A DNA stretch of 39,373 bases from Pelagomonas calceolata. Taxonomy: Eukaryota. Each line of letters opens with the position of its first letter. Positions within the stretch are counted from its first letter, which is position 1. Positions 12,896 through 22,786 of this stretch are shown in pieces. Below the pieces are notes generated by a model that ran no database searches, had not been told where the DNA came from, and saw nothing but the letters and a program-made list of their open reading frames with translations. The stretch is taken from assembly GCA_918797485.1 (NCBI GenBank), contig CAKKNE010000008.1:1-39373 (forward strand), written 5' to 3'. The position numbers and the translations under genes are program-made.

Positions 12896-12942
12896 GTTAT
12901 TTTTGAATAGTTTTACTATATAATCAGTTTTAAATAAAAAGA

Positions 12943-13182
12943 TTAAGATAACTTATATTTATCTGCGAATTTTTTCGCGGACTCTTCATCCCTATTCGAA
13001 ACAATCTTTTTATTTGATTTTTGCCACAAGTTACCTGTAAAAGTATCTTGCCTGTTTATCGTGTACTTTTTTACAGTTACAAAATCTCGATTAAAAATTG
13101 TTGGAACTATACTGCCATCACTTTGTATTTCTAAAAAAAAGTTACCGTTAGTGTATACATTTAAGTTTTTTAAAGAAACCAT
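12943..13182 (-). CDS. rpl31: probable ribosomal protein L31 (divergent)
   Basis: 79 aa with SDGS, D....LW and terminal KF..KY pattern typical of bL31. Confidence 0.7.
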   Translation of the reverse strand: MVSLKNLNVYTNGNFFLEIQSDGSIVPTIFNRDFVTVKKYTINRQDTFTGNLWQKSNKKIVSNRDEESAKKFADKYKLS

Positions 13183-13219
13183 TTTTAAACAATTTTTTAA
13201 TATCTTCTAAATCTGCTAG

Positions 13220-13264
13220 TAAGCAGCTTACGTTCGAGCAAAATGCTCGGACGTGAGCTGCTTA
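13220..13264. repeat. 21-bp GC-rich stem-loop downstream of cob
   Basis: TAAGCAGCTTACGTTCGAGCA-AAA-TGCTCGGACGTGAGCTGCTTA. Confidence 0.8.
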
Positions 13265-13278
13265 TTAAGAATATATGA

Positions 13279-14439
13279 CTACTTTGTTGATTCTTTCATC
13301 ATAGCGGATTCTAAAATACCCAACCCGGGTAATAACACTAAAAAGAAGAAGAAATAAAAAACAGTAGCTATTTGACCTATTTCTATGTACGGGGTTTCTA
13401 CCACTTTTTGACCAATCCAACCAAGTATGAGAAAATCTGCAACAAGAAGCCAAAAAGCTTTTCTGTACAGAGGTCTAAATGCTGAACTTCTTACTTCTGA
13501 TTGATTTATAAAGGGAATCAAAAATAGCACCACAATAGCCCCAAACATCGCAAGAACACCTCCTAATTTATCCGGTATAGATCTTAGAATTGCATAAAAC
13601 GGTAAAAAATACCATTCTGGCACTATATGTGCTGGTGTCACCATAGGGTTCGCTGGTATGTAGTTATCGGGATGTCCCAAAGAATTTGGGTAGTAAAAAA
13701 CGAAAACTGAAAAAAAGGTAATAAAAACTAGAACAGAAAACAAATCCTTAAAATAAAAATAAGGATAAAAAGGTATCTTATCAACCGAACTGTCTATACC
13801 TACTGGGTTATTAGAACCATCTCTGTGTAATAGCGCTATATGGGCAATAACTAAGCCCGCGATAGCAAAAGGCATCAAATAATGAAGACTAAAAAAACGA
13901 TTTAGTGTGGCGTTATCTACAGAGAAACCTCCCCATAGCCATTCCACTATAGATGGACCGACAAACGGAATAGCCGAAAATAGGTTTGTTATCACAGTAG
14001 CACCCCAAAAACTCATTTGTCCCCAAGGAAGAACATAACCCATAAATGCTGTTGCCATCATTAATAAGAAAATCAGCACTCCAGAGCACCATAAGTGTTC
14101 TCTAGGTTGCATATAAGATCCATAATAAAGACCACGAAACATATGGGTGTAAACTACTATAAAAAACATAGAAGCTCCATTTGCATGGAGATAACGAATA
14201 AGCCATCCGTTATTTACATCTCTCATTATATGTTCTACACTACTAAAAGCTAAATCTATATGTGGGGTGTAGTGCATAGCTAGAAAGATACCTGTTACTA
14301 TTTGCACACCTAAACAAAAAGCAGCAGTGAAACCGAAGCTCCATAGATAGCTAAGGTTTATTGGAGTAGGATAGTCAATTATGTGATTATCCAAAACGGA
14401 TAGCATATAATCTTTATTCCAACGAATATGTGCTGACAT
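13279..14439 (-). CDS. cob: apocytochrome b
   Basis: [27 protein letters not shown]. Confidence 0.99.
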   Translation of the reverse strand: MSAHIRWNKDYMLSVLDNHIIDYPTPINLSYLWSFGFTAAFCLGVQIVTGIFLAMHYTPHIDLAFSSVEHIMRDVNNGWLIRYLHANGASMFFIVVYTHMFRGLYYGSYMQPREHLWCSGVLIFLLMMATAFMGYVLPWGQMSFWGATVITNLFSAIPFVGPSIVEWLWGGFSVDNATLNRFFSLHYLMPFAIAGLVIAHIALLHRDGSNNPVGIDSSVDKIPFYPYFYFKDLFSVLVFITFFSVFVFYYPNSLGHPDNYIPANPMVTPAHIVPEWYFLPFYAILRSIPDKLGGVLAMFGAIVVLFLIPFINQSEVRSSAFRPLYRKAFWLLVADFLILGWIGQKVVETPYIEIGQIATVFYFFFFLVLLPGLGILESAMMKESTK

Positions 14440-14553
14440 TTCAAAAAAATTATTTATCTTGTGTATTTTTTTACTAAGGAAAAAGTCATTTTAACGTAAC
14501 CTTTTCTAAAACGCTTTTTTTGATAGCTATTATTACTCTATCAAAACTATCGT

Positions 14554-15168
14554 TTAAGTATTCGTAAGTTTTTTAGTTTCCGTGTTGGAAATCTGGTCTA
14601 TCGATTTTGACCATGGACTTTCAAAATTGAAGGACCTAAATTCTTGGGCTAATTCTAAAGGTTCACAAACAACACGTTTTACAGTGTCATCATACCGCAC
14701 CTCCACGTATCCACTTAAAGGGAAATCTTTTCTTAATGGGTAGCCCTCAAATCCATAATCTGTCAATATACGACGTAAATCGGGGTGGTTTGAGAAGAAT
14801 ATTCCAAACATATCCCAAACTTCCCTTTCCCACCAATTAGCAGAATTGAATATTTTGGTTGCACTTTCAACGGAACCTACTTCATTTATGGATGTTTTCA
14901 CCCGTAAACGACTATTAAATTTAATACTCAACAATTCGTACGAGATTTCGAACCTATCCGATCTTTCGGGGTAATCTGTTCCCGTGATAGCGGATAGTAC
15001 CTTGTATTGACAGTTTACATGATCTCTTAAAAAAGTCAATACAAAAGGTATATATTGAGGGTGTACCGTACAAATAACCTCATTATTTAATACTTGCACA
15101 CAACCTAGGGGCAAAATTCTCGATAGGTATTTCCCAGATTCTAGGGATAGATTGTTTAACTCTTTCAT
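14554..15168 (-). CDS. nad9: NADH dehydrogenase subunit 9
   Basis: [32 protein letters not shown]. Confidence 0.98.
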   Translation of the reverse strand: MKELNNLSLESGKYLSRILPLGCVQVLNNEVICTVHPQYIPFVLTFLRDHVNCQYKVLSAITGTDYPERSDRFEISYELLSIKFNSRLRVKTSINEVGSVESATKIFNSANWWEREVWDMFGIFFSNHPDLRRILTDYGFEGYPLRKDFPLSGYVEVRYDDTVKRVVCEPLELAQEFRSFNFESPWSKSIDQISNTETKKLTNT

Positions 15169-15425
15169 ATCCTAATAACCATATTTGCAATATTATTTAT
15201 AGCTTTTTCTAAGAAGATTTTCCTCTTACAACGTTAAATTTTTTTTCTAACAATGGCCTTAAAAAAACACATTTAATTGGTATAACTTGATTAAGTTATG
15301 CTTTTTTTTTATTAGAAGAAGAGAAAAACTTTTTCTTCTAAAAAATACGATCAGAATGTGGTTTTTAAAGAAGTCTCACCAGAAGTACTTAAAAATCACA
15401 AACATATATAAAAGATCTTTTATAC

Positions 15426-16241
15426 ATGAACGCGTCAACAATAGAATACAAAAATAATCAAAAACACCCCTTTCATCTTGTGGATCCCAGCCCTTGGCCA
15501 TTAGTGGCATCTATTGGTGGTTTGGGAATGACTTTCGGTGGTGTTATGTACATGCATAACTATTCAGGAGGTGGAACTTTATTCTTAACTGGGTTCACTA
15601 CCACAATATTCGTAATGTATACTTGGTGGAAAGATATCGTTAGAGAAGGGACTTATGAAGGACAGCACACTAAACAGGTTCAACAAGGGCTACGTTGGGG
15701 TATGATTCTTTTCATAGTTTCAGAAGTAATGTTCTTTTTTGCTTTCTTTTGGGCTTTCTTTCACTCCAGCCTTGCTCCAACTTTTGATATAGGTGGAGTC
15801 TGGCCACCCGAAGGAATAGAAGTATTAAATCCTTGGGAAGTACCTTTATTAAATACTGTATTACTGCTGTCCTCAGGAGCAACAGTTACTTGGGCGCATC
15901 ACGCTATAGTTGCAGGCTCTAGAAAAGATGCTTTCATTGGTCTTGTTCTTACCGTAATATTGGCCGCATTTTTCACACTCTTACAGGCTTTTGAATATTA
16001 TACAGCACCATTCACTATTTCGGATAGTGTTTACGGAGCAACTTTTTTCATGGCAACAGGATTCCATGGTTTTCACGTTATTATAGGGACCATTTTTCTA
16101 ACAGTTTGCACAATTAGATTAGTGTACCATCATTTTACACGTGAACATCATTTTGGTTTTGAGGCCGCTGCCTGGTATTGGCACTTCGTAGACGTTGTGT
16201 GGCTTTTTCTTTTCGTAACTATTTACTGGTGGGGAAGTTAA
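15426..16241 (+). CDS. cox3: cytochrome c oxidase subunit 3
   Basis: [30 protein letters not shown]. Confidence 0.99.
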   Translation: MNASTIEYKNNQKHPFHLVDPSPWPLVASIGGLGMTFGGVMYMHNYSGGGTLFLTGFTTTIFVMYTWWKDIVREGTYEGQHTKQVQQGLRWGMILFIVSEVMFFFAFFWAFFHSSLAPTFDIGGVWPPEGIEVLNPWEVPLLNTVLLLSSGATVTWAHHAIVAGSRKDAFIGLVLTVILAAFFTLLQAFEYYTAPFTISDSVYGATFFMATGFHGFHVIIGTIFLTVCTIRLVYHHFTREHHFGFEAAAWYWHFVDVVWLFLFVTIYWWGS

Positions 16242-16372
16242 GTAAAAAAGGAAAGTGAATACTTTCTTTAAATTCTTACGAAATATTTCCTTGAATCACT
16301 ATCCAAAAAAGGTTTAGTGAAGAGTAAAAGGAACAGAAAATAATTAATAAAATATTCATATCAAATATAATT

Positions 16373-17134
16373 ATGATGATAGTAACCAGTCCTTTGGAAC
16401 AATTTCAAATATTACCAGTTATACCATTCTCTATCGGAAGTTTTGACTTTAGTATAACAAATTCAACAGTAATAATATCAATTGGACTTTTCAGTTTTTG
16501 TTTTATCTTAAATGCATTGGTAAGTGATAAAGGTAGCTACAACTTGGTACCAAACCGATGGCAAACCGTTATAGAGGGTATGTACGAACTTATCGCAGGT
16601 CTACTTAAGGATACCTTAGGGGATAAAGGACAAGCCTATTTTCCTTATGTGTTCACTCTTTTTTCTTTCATTCTAGTAGCAAATTTAATAGGTCTAGTAC
16701 CCTATAGCTTTACAGTTACCAGTCACTTAATTGTAACCTTTTCTTTGGCAATTATGACCTTTATAGGGCTAAACATTATTTGCGTAAGAGAACATGGGCA
16801 TCATATTTTCTCCTTATTTTTACCCGCGGGATCTTCCCTACCTCTGGCTTTTCTTTTGGTTCCTATAGAAATCGTTTCCTACCTTGTAAAACCAATAAGT
16901 TTATCAGTTCGACTTTTCGCGAATATGATGGCTGGTCATGCATTATTAAAAGTAATCGCTGGATTCGCTTGGGCAATGATGCTTTCTGGTGGCGTAATGT
17001 TTATAGCACACTTTGTGCCTTTAGCCGTTCTAGTACTTGTTATGGGGCTTGAACTTGGTGTGGCTATCATACAAGCTTATGTTTTTACAACACTAACGTG
17101 TATTTATTTAAATGATGCTCTAAATCTACACTAA
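16373..17134 (+). CDS. atp6: ATP synthase subunit a
   Basis: SPLEQF, SLSVRLFANMMAGH, IQAYVF. Confidence 0.98.
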   Translation: MMIVTSPLEQFQILPVIPFSIGSFDFSITNSTVIISIGLFSFCFILNALVSDKGSYNLVPNRWQTVIEGMYELIAGLLKDTLGDKGQAYFPYVFTLFSFILVANLIGLVPYSFTVTSHLIVTFSLAIMTFIGLNIICVREHGHHIFSLFLPAGSSLPLAFLLVPIEIVSYLVKPISLSVRLFANMMAGHALLKVIAGFAWAMMLSGGVMFIAHFVPLAVLVLVMGLELGVAIIQAYVFTTLTCIYLNDALNLH

Positions 17135-17157
17135 TTGATATTAGCGTATAGCATCAA

Positions 17158-17230
17158 GCATCTTTAGCTCAACGGATAGAGCACTAGCCTTCTAAGCTAT
17201 TTGTTATAGGTTCAAATCCTATAAGATGTA
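17158..17230 (+). tRNA. trnR: tRNA-Arg(UCU)
   Basis: GCATCTT/AAGATGT acceptor; CT-TCT-AA loop. Confidence 0.93.
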
Positions 17231-17378
17231 TTATTTACTATTTTTTTTCTATAGTTGCGACCAATATAAAAAGTAGTTTGGTTTTTTACTGTTTGGGTAG
17301 CGGGTAAAATCATTATATTCTCTTTAGCCCGTACGCCCATAAAAAAAGATAGTCTTTTTCTGACTTAGATATTCTATG

Positions 17379-17463
17379 GGATGAGTGATCGAGCGGTCGA
17401 AGGTGTCGGTTTTGAAAACCGAAGTATCTACAGATACCGTGGGTTCGAATCCCACCTTATCCT
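17379..17463 (+). tRNA. trnS: tRNA-Ser(UGA)
   Basis: GGATGAG/CTTATCC; TCGGT-TT-TGA-AA-ACCGA; long variable arm. Confidence 0.94.
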
Positions 17464-17609
17464 TTTTTAAAAATAACCTTTTAATGTGCTAAAAGCGGAC
17501 TGATGATAAATTAAAATGTTATCCTGCAACCCCACTGTGGTATCTTTTTAGTAAAGTGGGAAACGAAATAGTCTACTTATAAACACCTATTACCTTAAAT
17601 AAACACAAA

Positions 17610-17682
17610 AAGCTTGTAGTTCAACGGTTAGAGCGTGCCGCTCATAACGGCAAAGTTGCGGGTTCAAATCCTGCCAGGCTTA
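17610..17682 (+). tRNA. trnI: tRNA(CAU), probably Ile2 (lysidine type)
   Basis: AAGCTTG/CAGGCTT acceptor resembling trnI(GAU); TGCCG-CT-CAT-AA-CGGCA; Ile versus Met identity inferred. Confidence 0.85.
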
Positions 17683-18190
17683 ATAGTATTCATTTTTTTA
17701 CATGGTAAACAACATAATCAATATTTTTATTATCATAATAAAATATGTGTATTCTCTAAAAGTTTATCAAAATAGCCATAGCCCTTTTATAGGTTAACTT
17801 ATTTATCTACCATATATTTACAATAAGTTGATAATAGTGGCATATGTGTATATAAATATACGTATAATAATCTAACTGCTGCGGTCAGGCTAAAAGTAAA
17901 TATATCTTTATAGTAACTCATATTTATTATTGGTCACCCTTTAGGTATATTTTCAAGATCATGCGATTGATAAATCAAGTGTTTTTACGGACACACAACA
18001 ACCTTATCTGTTTATTATCGCTATTCACTACCGATCCAGGTTCCATTTCCCTGGCACAAGCGTATTTCCCCCCTTTTTAACTCCGCACTAAAAACGGATT
18101 ATTCTTTTGTAATACTCCACACTACGGAGCTTTTTCTCTGAGCCATATAAATGAAGTTATTTTAATAGATAACTCGTATGCGGTAGAATG

Positions 18191-18898
18191 CTAAAAATAA
18201 ATTTTTTTAATGATTCCCTTTTTTTCAGAATTTAAAATACTCAATAGCCTAAATTCTGGCATTCTTAGTCCATTTTTATTGTTAAGAATAGAGTAATTTA
18301 GCTTAGATAACCCTTTTTCAAGATGTCTATTCAATAATCCTTTTAAAAGCTTATCATTATTTTTTCTAGAAACGATAACATTCAGAAAAACATCTTTCTC
18401 AGGGGTAACTACTAAAGATACGCCACAAAGTTGAAACAATTGTATTGAATTTAGTGAGGGGTTGTAGCGGGAAAAGCGATTACCGTCACTGAGACTATAT
18501 GGCATAAAACAAACTAGACCATTCAGCTCAATAATATAACCACCCTTTACTTGTTTTAAAATACAACCTGTAGTGAAGCTACGGTCAACAAAATTTCTTT
18601 TTATTTTTGGTAATTGTTGGCCTAGATTATAAAAATTTAGCTCTTCAATAGGATTTACGTCTCTGGTTAATATATTTGTATCGTACTTGTTCATTCGAAA
18701 TAAAAATTTAACAATCGAATTAACGTCTCGAAACTCTAAATTAGGTAGCTTTTCTAACAAGTTATCCTCATTAGTATTAAAGTTTCGATAATACCTTATA
18801 TCATTTCCCAAAGGAACGCCTTTTTTTATTAATCTTGAAAAATAAACAGATGCTTTATCTTTCCTCGAATCTAGGTAAGCTTTTTCTAATTCTATCAT
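18191..18898 (-). CDS. rps1: divergent ribosomal protein S1-like ORF
   Basis: GCILKQVKGGYIIELNGLVCFMPYS matches an S1-domain signature; ends the r-protein cluster. Confidence 0.7.
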   Translation of the reverse strand: MIELEKAYLDSRKDKASVYFSRLIKKGVPLGNDIRYYRNFNTNEDNLLEKLPNLEFRDVNSIVKFLFRMNKYDTNILTRDVNPIEELNFYNLGQQLPKIKRNFVDRSFTTGCILKQVKGGYIIELNGLVCFMPYSLSDGNRFSRYNPSLNSIQLFQLCGVSLVVTPEKDVFLNVIVSRKNNDKLLKGLLNRHLEKGLSKLNYSILNNKNGLRMPEFRLLSILNSEKKGIIKKIYF

Positions 18899-18942
18899 AA
18901 GGTCTTCTTAAAAATATTTACTAACAATTTTTTTTAATACTA

Positions 18943-19353
18943 CTATCCTATAATTGTTACCTTGATAGGTAATTTAGCTATAGTGGATTCTAAAGCTCGA
19001 ATAGAGGTTTTTCTATCGGCTCCTGAGATTTCAAACAAAGTTGTTCCAGGTTTTACTTTACAACACCAAAAATCTACGGCACCCTTACCCTTACCCATTC
19101 GAACTTCTGTGGGTTTTTTACTAACAGCCAAATCAGGGAAAGACCTTATTTGCAGCTTACCTAATCGTTTTATTCTTCTGCTTATGGATTGCCGACAAGA
19201 TTCTAATTGCTTGGCTGTAATCCTTGCACTTTGTTGTGAATCTAAGCGAAAAACACCCTCCTTTAAGGTGTCTATAAAAAGAACATTTTTTCTACTACTT
19301 TTAATTGTCCCTTTTTGGTATTTACGGTATTTGGTTTTTTTTGGTTTTAACAT
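18943..19353 (-). CDS. rpl16: ribosomal protein L16
   Basis: MLKPKKTKYRKYQKG, KKPTEVRMGKGKG. Confidence 0.97.
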   Translation of the reverse strand: MLKPKKTKYRKYQKGTIKSSRKNVLFIDTLKEGVFRLDSQQSARITAKQLESCRQSISRRIKRLGKLQIRSFPDLAVSKKPTEVRMGKGKGAVDFWCCKVKPGTTLFEISGADRKTSIRALESTIAKLPIKVTIIG

Positions 19354-19361
19354 TATGATAA

Positions 19362-20144
19362 TTATCCATAGTTTATCCACACTTTAATACCAAAAGTGCC
19401 ATACACGGTTTCACTCGGTAAATAATAGTAATCCACCTTAGAATCTATTCTTTGAAGAGTCATTTTACCTTCACACGAACTCCAAGTTTTTGATCTAGGA
19501 ACCCCATTAATCCTTCCTTTTATCCCCACTTTTACTCCTTCAATACCCACAGTATTGTGTTCAATAATAAAAGATAATAAATTGCTAACGAATGATAAAA
19601 ATCGTACTTGTGACTTTCTATCGGATCTTGACCTCATATTATGTAACTTAAAAGATAAAATATTCGCTAAAAAAAAAGCACTGCCTTTTACTGACGTGAG
19701 CACATGTAAATATGTGGCAAGTTCTGTGACGTTGAAAAAAGTACCTTTTATATTCGTAGCGGGTATCTTTTGTTTTGCTCCTTTTTCTAGGTTAAAAAAT
19801 GAAACAGATATCGGTACATTGTAGCACAGTTTCGAAAAACCGCAAAGAAATGCTCTTTCAATATTGGAACAATATATACTTTTTGAGGATTCTCGAACGT
19901 CTCGATCGGAAACATGGACATACTTTATATAAAGATAGGCTATTCCTTGATACGTTTTTACAAACTTAAAAGAGTGTAAAACTAAATTAGTGCTTTTAAA
20001 AAAGCTCTCTAAAAAAGACTTAATTTTCTTATGTTCTTTTAAAACGTAAGGAGATAGGTTTTTTTTATAAACCTGTTGGTGACAAAAAGAGTTTTCAAAA
20101 TTATTCAGACTCCTGAAAGCCAATGGATTTGTTTTTTGAGCCAT
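19362..20144 (-). CDS. rps3: ribosomal protein S3
   Basis: MAQKTNPLAFR, GIKGRING, TVYGTFGIKVWI. Confidence 0.95.
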   Translation of the reverse strand: MAQKTNPLAFRSLNNFENSFCHQQVYKKNLSPYVLKEHKKIKSFLESFFKSTNLVLHSFKFVKTYQGIAYLYIKYVHVSDRDVRESSKSIYCSNIERAFLCGFSKLCYNVPISVSFFNLEKGAKQKIPATNIKGTFFNVTELATYLHVLTSVKGSAFFLANILSFKLHNMRSRSDRKSQVRFLSFVSNLLSFIIEHNTVGIEGVKVGIKGRINGVPRSKTWSSCEGKMTLQRIDSKVDYYYLPSETVYGTFGIKVWINYG

Positions 20145-20162
20145 AATTATCTCATATTGATA

Positions 20163-20402
20163 TTACTTTAGTTTCTTATAAGAATAGGCCTTACGAGTAT
20201 GAGCAAACTCACCTAACTTGTGCCCAATCATTAAATTAGTTACCTTTATTTGAACAAATCGTTGGCCATTATGAACATTAAAAAACCCACCTACAAATGA
20301 GGGTACTATTGTGGTAGATCTCGACCAACTTTTAAAAGATTCTTTTCCCGTTTTTAAAAAAGATTTATGTATAAACGGACCCTTCCACTTGGATCTAGCC
20401 AT
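20163..20402 (-). CDS. rps19: ribosomal protein S19
   Basis: MARSKWKGPF, WSRST, HNG, MIGHKLGEF. Confidence 0.97.
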   Translation of the reverse strand: MARSKWKGPFIHKSFLKTGKESFKSWSRSTTIVPSFVGGFFNVHNGQRFVQIKVTNLMIGHKLGEFAHTRKAYSYKKLK

Positions 20403-20405
20403 TTC

Positions 20406-21188
20406 TTATTTTTTTCTTGTTTTTTTACCATGAGCTGGTTTTGACCAAGGGGTTACCGAAGGTCGACCTCCTGAAGATTTACCTTCACCCCCACCGTGGG
20501 GGTGATCAATAGGATTCATAGCAACACCCCTAACAGATGGCCTAACACCCTTCCATCTATTACGACCTGCCTTACCTAAAGTGATCTGTTGATGATCTGA
20601 ATTAGAGACAACACCTATAGTGGCAAGTGTCCGAGGTAGAACCTTTTTACTTTCTCCTGAACTAAGCCTAATAACACAAAAAGAAGAACCTTTTTGAACA
20701 AGTTGAGCAAATGTCCCTGCAGCTCGTTGTAATGTTGGTTTGTCAAATCTAGAATTTGTACCAATGCAATGGATAAATGTTCCTAAAGGCATATCTTTTA
20801 ATGGTAGTGTATTTCCTAGATTGTACTTAGTGTTTTCTCCTTTTTCTACTAAAAACCCTCTTTCCAATTTTTCTGGAGCAATGATGTAAAAATGCTCCTT
20901 TGATTTAAGAGAGAACACACGAGCTATCTTGGCAGATCTATTTGGATCATACTCTAATCTTTCTACTATAGATAATGCAAAATTAGACCTATTAACTAGG
21001 CTTCTATAGGTTCGTTTGTGACCTCCCCCTTTGTGACGTACGGTAATTTTACCTCTATGATTGCGACCTCCCGATTTATGGAGACCTTTAGCATTAGATT
21101 TTAAAGGAATTATTTTCGCAGTCCCATCAACTTTAAGTATAGTGTGTCGATTGGACGGAGTCGTTGGTTTCAATTGTTTTAAAGCCAT
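20406..21188 (-). CDS. rpl2: ribosomal protein L2
   Basis: EYDPNRSA, RPSVRGVAMNPIDHPHGGGEG. Confidence 0.98.
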   Translation of the reverse strand: MALKQLKPTTPSNRHTILKVDGTAKIIPLKSNAKGLHKSGGRNHRGKITVRHKGGGHKRTYRSLVNRSNFALSIVERLEYDPNRSAKIARVFSLKSKEHFYIIAPEKLERGFLVEKGENTKYNLGNTLPLKDMPLGTFIHCIGTNSRFDKPTLQRAAGTFAQLVQKGSSFCVIRLSSGESKKVLPRTLATIGVVSNSDHQQITLGKAGRNRWKGVRPSVRGVAMNPIDHPHGGGEGKSSGGRPSVTPWSKPAHGKKTRKK

Positions 21189-21482
21189 AGATTTTTAATC
21201 GATGTATACATATATATATATTAGAGGGGATTAAATCGATTAACATCATATTATTTGGTTTTCCGCTTATTAAAAAATATAAAATAAGAATTTGCCCAAT
21301 AACATAATTGAAAAAGTCTTATTGCAGAAAAAAAGAATTCTACAAGTACTATTGAATCAATTACTCACCCTTAGTTAAGATTTAATAACTTGGAATGAAT
21401 AAAACTATAACAACATACAACTTTTGACTACACACATACTCAAATTGTTATATATCAAAACTTCATTAATATAAAAATAAAT

Positions 21483-21555
21483 TATCCCTTACGGGGTTCG
21501 AACCCGTGTTACTACCGTGAAAGGGTAGTGTCCTTGACCTCTAGACGAAAGGGAC
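21483..21555 (-). tRNA. trnE: tRNA-Glu(UUC)
   Basis: GTCCCTT/AAGGGAT; CTACC-CT-TTC-AC-GGTAG. Confidence 0.95.
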
Positions 21556-21566
21556 TATTTTCTTTT

Positions 21567-21648
21567 TGAAGAAGGTTGGATTCGAACCAACGTAGGATTT
21601 TCCAACAGATTTACAGTCTGCCACTATTAACCACTCAGTCACTTCTTC
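21567..21648 (-). tRNA. trnY: tRNA-Tyr(GUA)
   Basis: GAAGAAG/CTTCTTC; CT-GTA-AA loop; long variable arm. Confidence 0.95.
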
Positions 21649-21658
21649 TACGATAATG

Positions 21659-22024
21659 TTACTTTTTACCCTTCGCTATCCTGCAGCCATTATAAGGTAT
21701 CGGGGTAGCGTCGATAACTTTTATTAGAGATAATCCAGACTTTTTAAGCTCTTTTATTACAGAGCTGCGGCCCTTACCGATACCTTTTATTTTTACTATA
21801 AAACGATCATACCCCAATTCTAAAATTTTTTCCCCAAAACAATAGATGACTTGTTGTGAAGCCGTTTGTGTCCCTTTTCTTGATCCTTTGTATTTTAGAT
21901 GACCACTGGAAAGAGTCGTGATTATAGAACCTTCAGGGTTCACCAAACTAATTATAGTGTTGTTTGAAGAGCACTTAACACAAATAGTATTAAAATTTGA
22001 TTTTTTAAGTTCTTTATTGATCAT
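21659..22024 (-). CDS. rps11: ribosomal protein S11
   Basis: NNTIIS, SSG.LKYKGSRK, DATPIPYNGCR. Confidence 0.95.
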   Translation of the reverse strand: MINKELKKSNFNTICVKCSSNNTIISLVNPEGSIITTLSSGHLKYKGSRKGTQTASQQVIYCFGEKILELGYDRFIVKIKGIGKGRSSVIKELKKSGLSLIKVIDATPIPYNGCRIAKGKK

Positions 22025-22392
22025 CTTAAACGATTTTTTATACTGTTATGCCGTTTAGCTGTCTTAAAGTTAGTTCGAGTTCTTTGACCGCGTAAGGGCA
22101 AACCTTTTTTGTGCCTTACCCCCCTATAGCTCCGAACTTGAGCAAGTCGAACAATATTTTCATACAAATATCGGCTTAATTCTTCTTGTTTAAGATGAAT
22201 TTTATCTTTAACGATGGTATCTGTTAATAAAGATAGCTGTTTTGTGCTAACTTTTTCTAATTTTAAAGTGGGGCTAATACCTACCTTTTTACAAAAAGAA
22301 TCTGCTAAAAAGGGCCCTACCCCGAAAATACGAGTAAGGGCTTGTTTTATTGTACTTTTTTCACTAACTTTATTATTTAATAGGTAAGCCAT
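22021..22392 (-). CDS. rps13: ribosomal protein S13
   Basis: LTRIFGVG, SYRGVRHKKGLPLRGQRTRTN; TGA stop overlaps rps11 ATG. Confidence 0.97.
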   Translation of the reverse strand: MAYLLNNKVSEKSTIKQALTRIFGVGPFLADSFCKKVGISPTLKLEKVSTKQLSLLTDTIVKDKIHLKQEELSRYLYENIVRLAQVRSYRGVRHKKGLPLRGQRTRTNFKTAKRHNSIKNRLR

Positions 22393-22441
22393 GTCGTGAA
22401 TATATTTGGGTATTTTTTTCTATTAGAAAATAAAAATTCTA

Positions 22442-22547
22442 ATTTGTTATAACCATGTTTCCCGCAAATGCAGTATCTCTGGTAAGATCTGGGGTCACTA
22501 ACGAGTTCGATATGATTTCGTGTGGAACCAGAACCATTAAAAAAATG
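22442..22547 (-). rRNA. rrn5: 5S rRNA (divergent; ends approximate)
   Basis: CAC-ACGA-AATCATATCGAAC-TCGT-TAGTG (loop C/helix III) and GATACT...GGGAAAC (loop E-like) directly after rns. Confidence 0.75.
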
Positions 22548-22576
22548 TATTTTTATCAGCCTATAGCTTTTATCTT

Positions 22577-22752
22577 TAATATTCCAGCCGCACGTTCCCG
22601 TACGGCTACCTTGTTACGACTTCATCTCAGTTATAATCCCCTGCCTAAAAAAGAAACGCTTAACGAACCCTAAATCGCTAAACAATTATCTAATCTTTAA
22701 AACGGGACTACTCCCAACATGTGACGGGCGGTGTGTACAAGGCCAAGGTACA

Positions 22753-22786
<34 letters not shown>

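Noticed and set aside
17212..17340. 42-aa minus-strand ORF MGVRAKEN...
   Set aside because: Runs antisense into trnR and has no recognisable motif.
17500..17575. Hammerhead ribozyme (CTGATGA ... GAAA)
   Set aside because: The core words are present, but stem II cannot close between them and no stem III with a UH cleavage site forms.
21200..21320. tatA-like frame (IGQILILYFLISGKP) upstream of rpl2
   Set aside because: No ATG after the upstream in-frame TAA, and no FG/amphipathic-helix motif.
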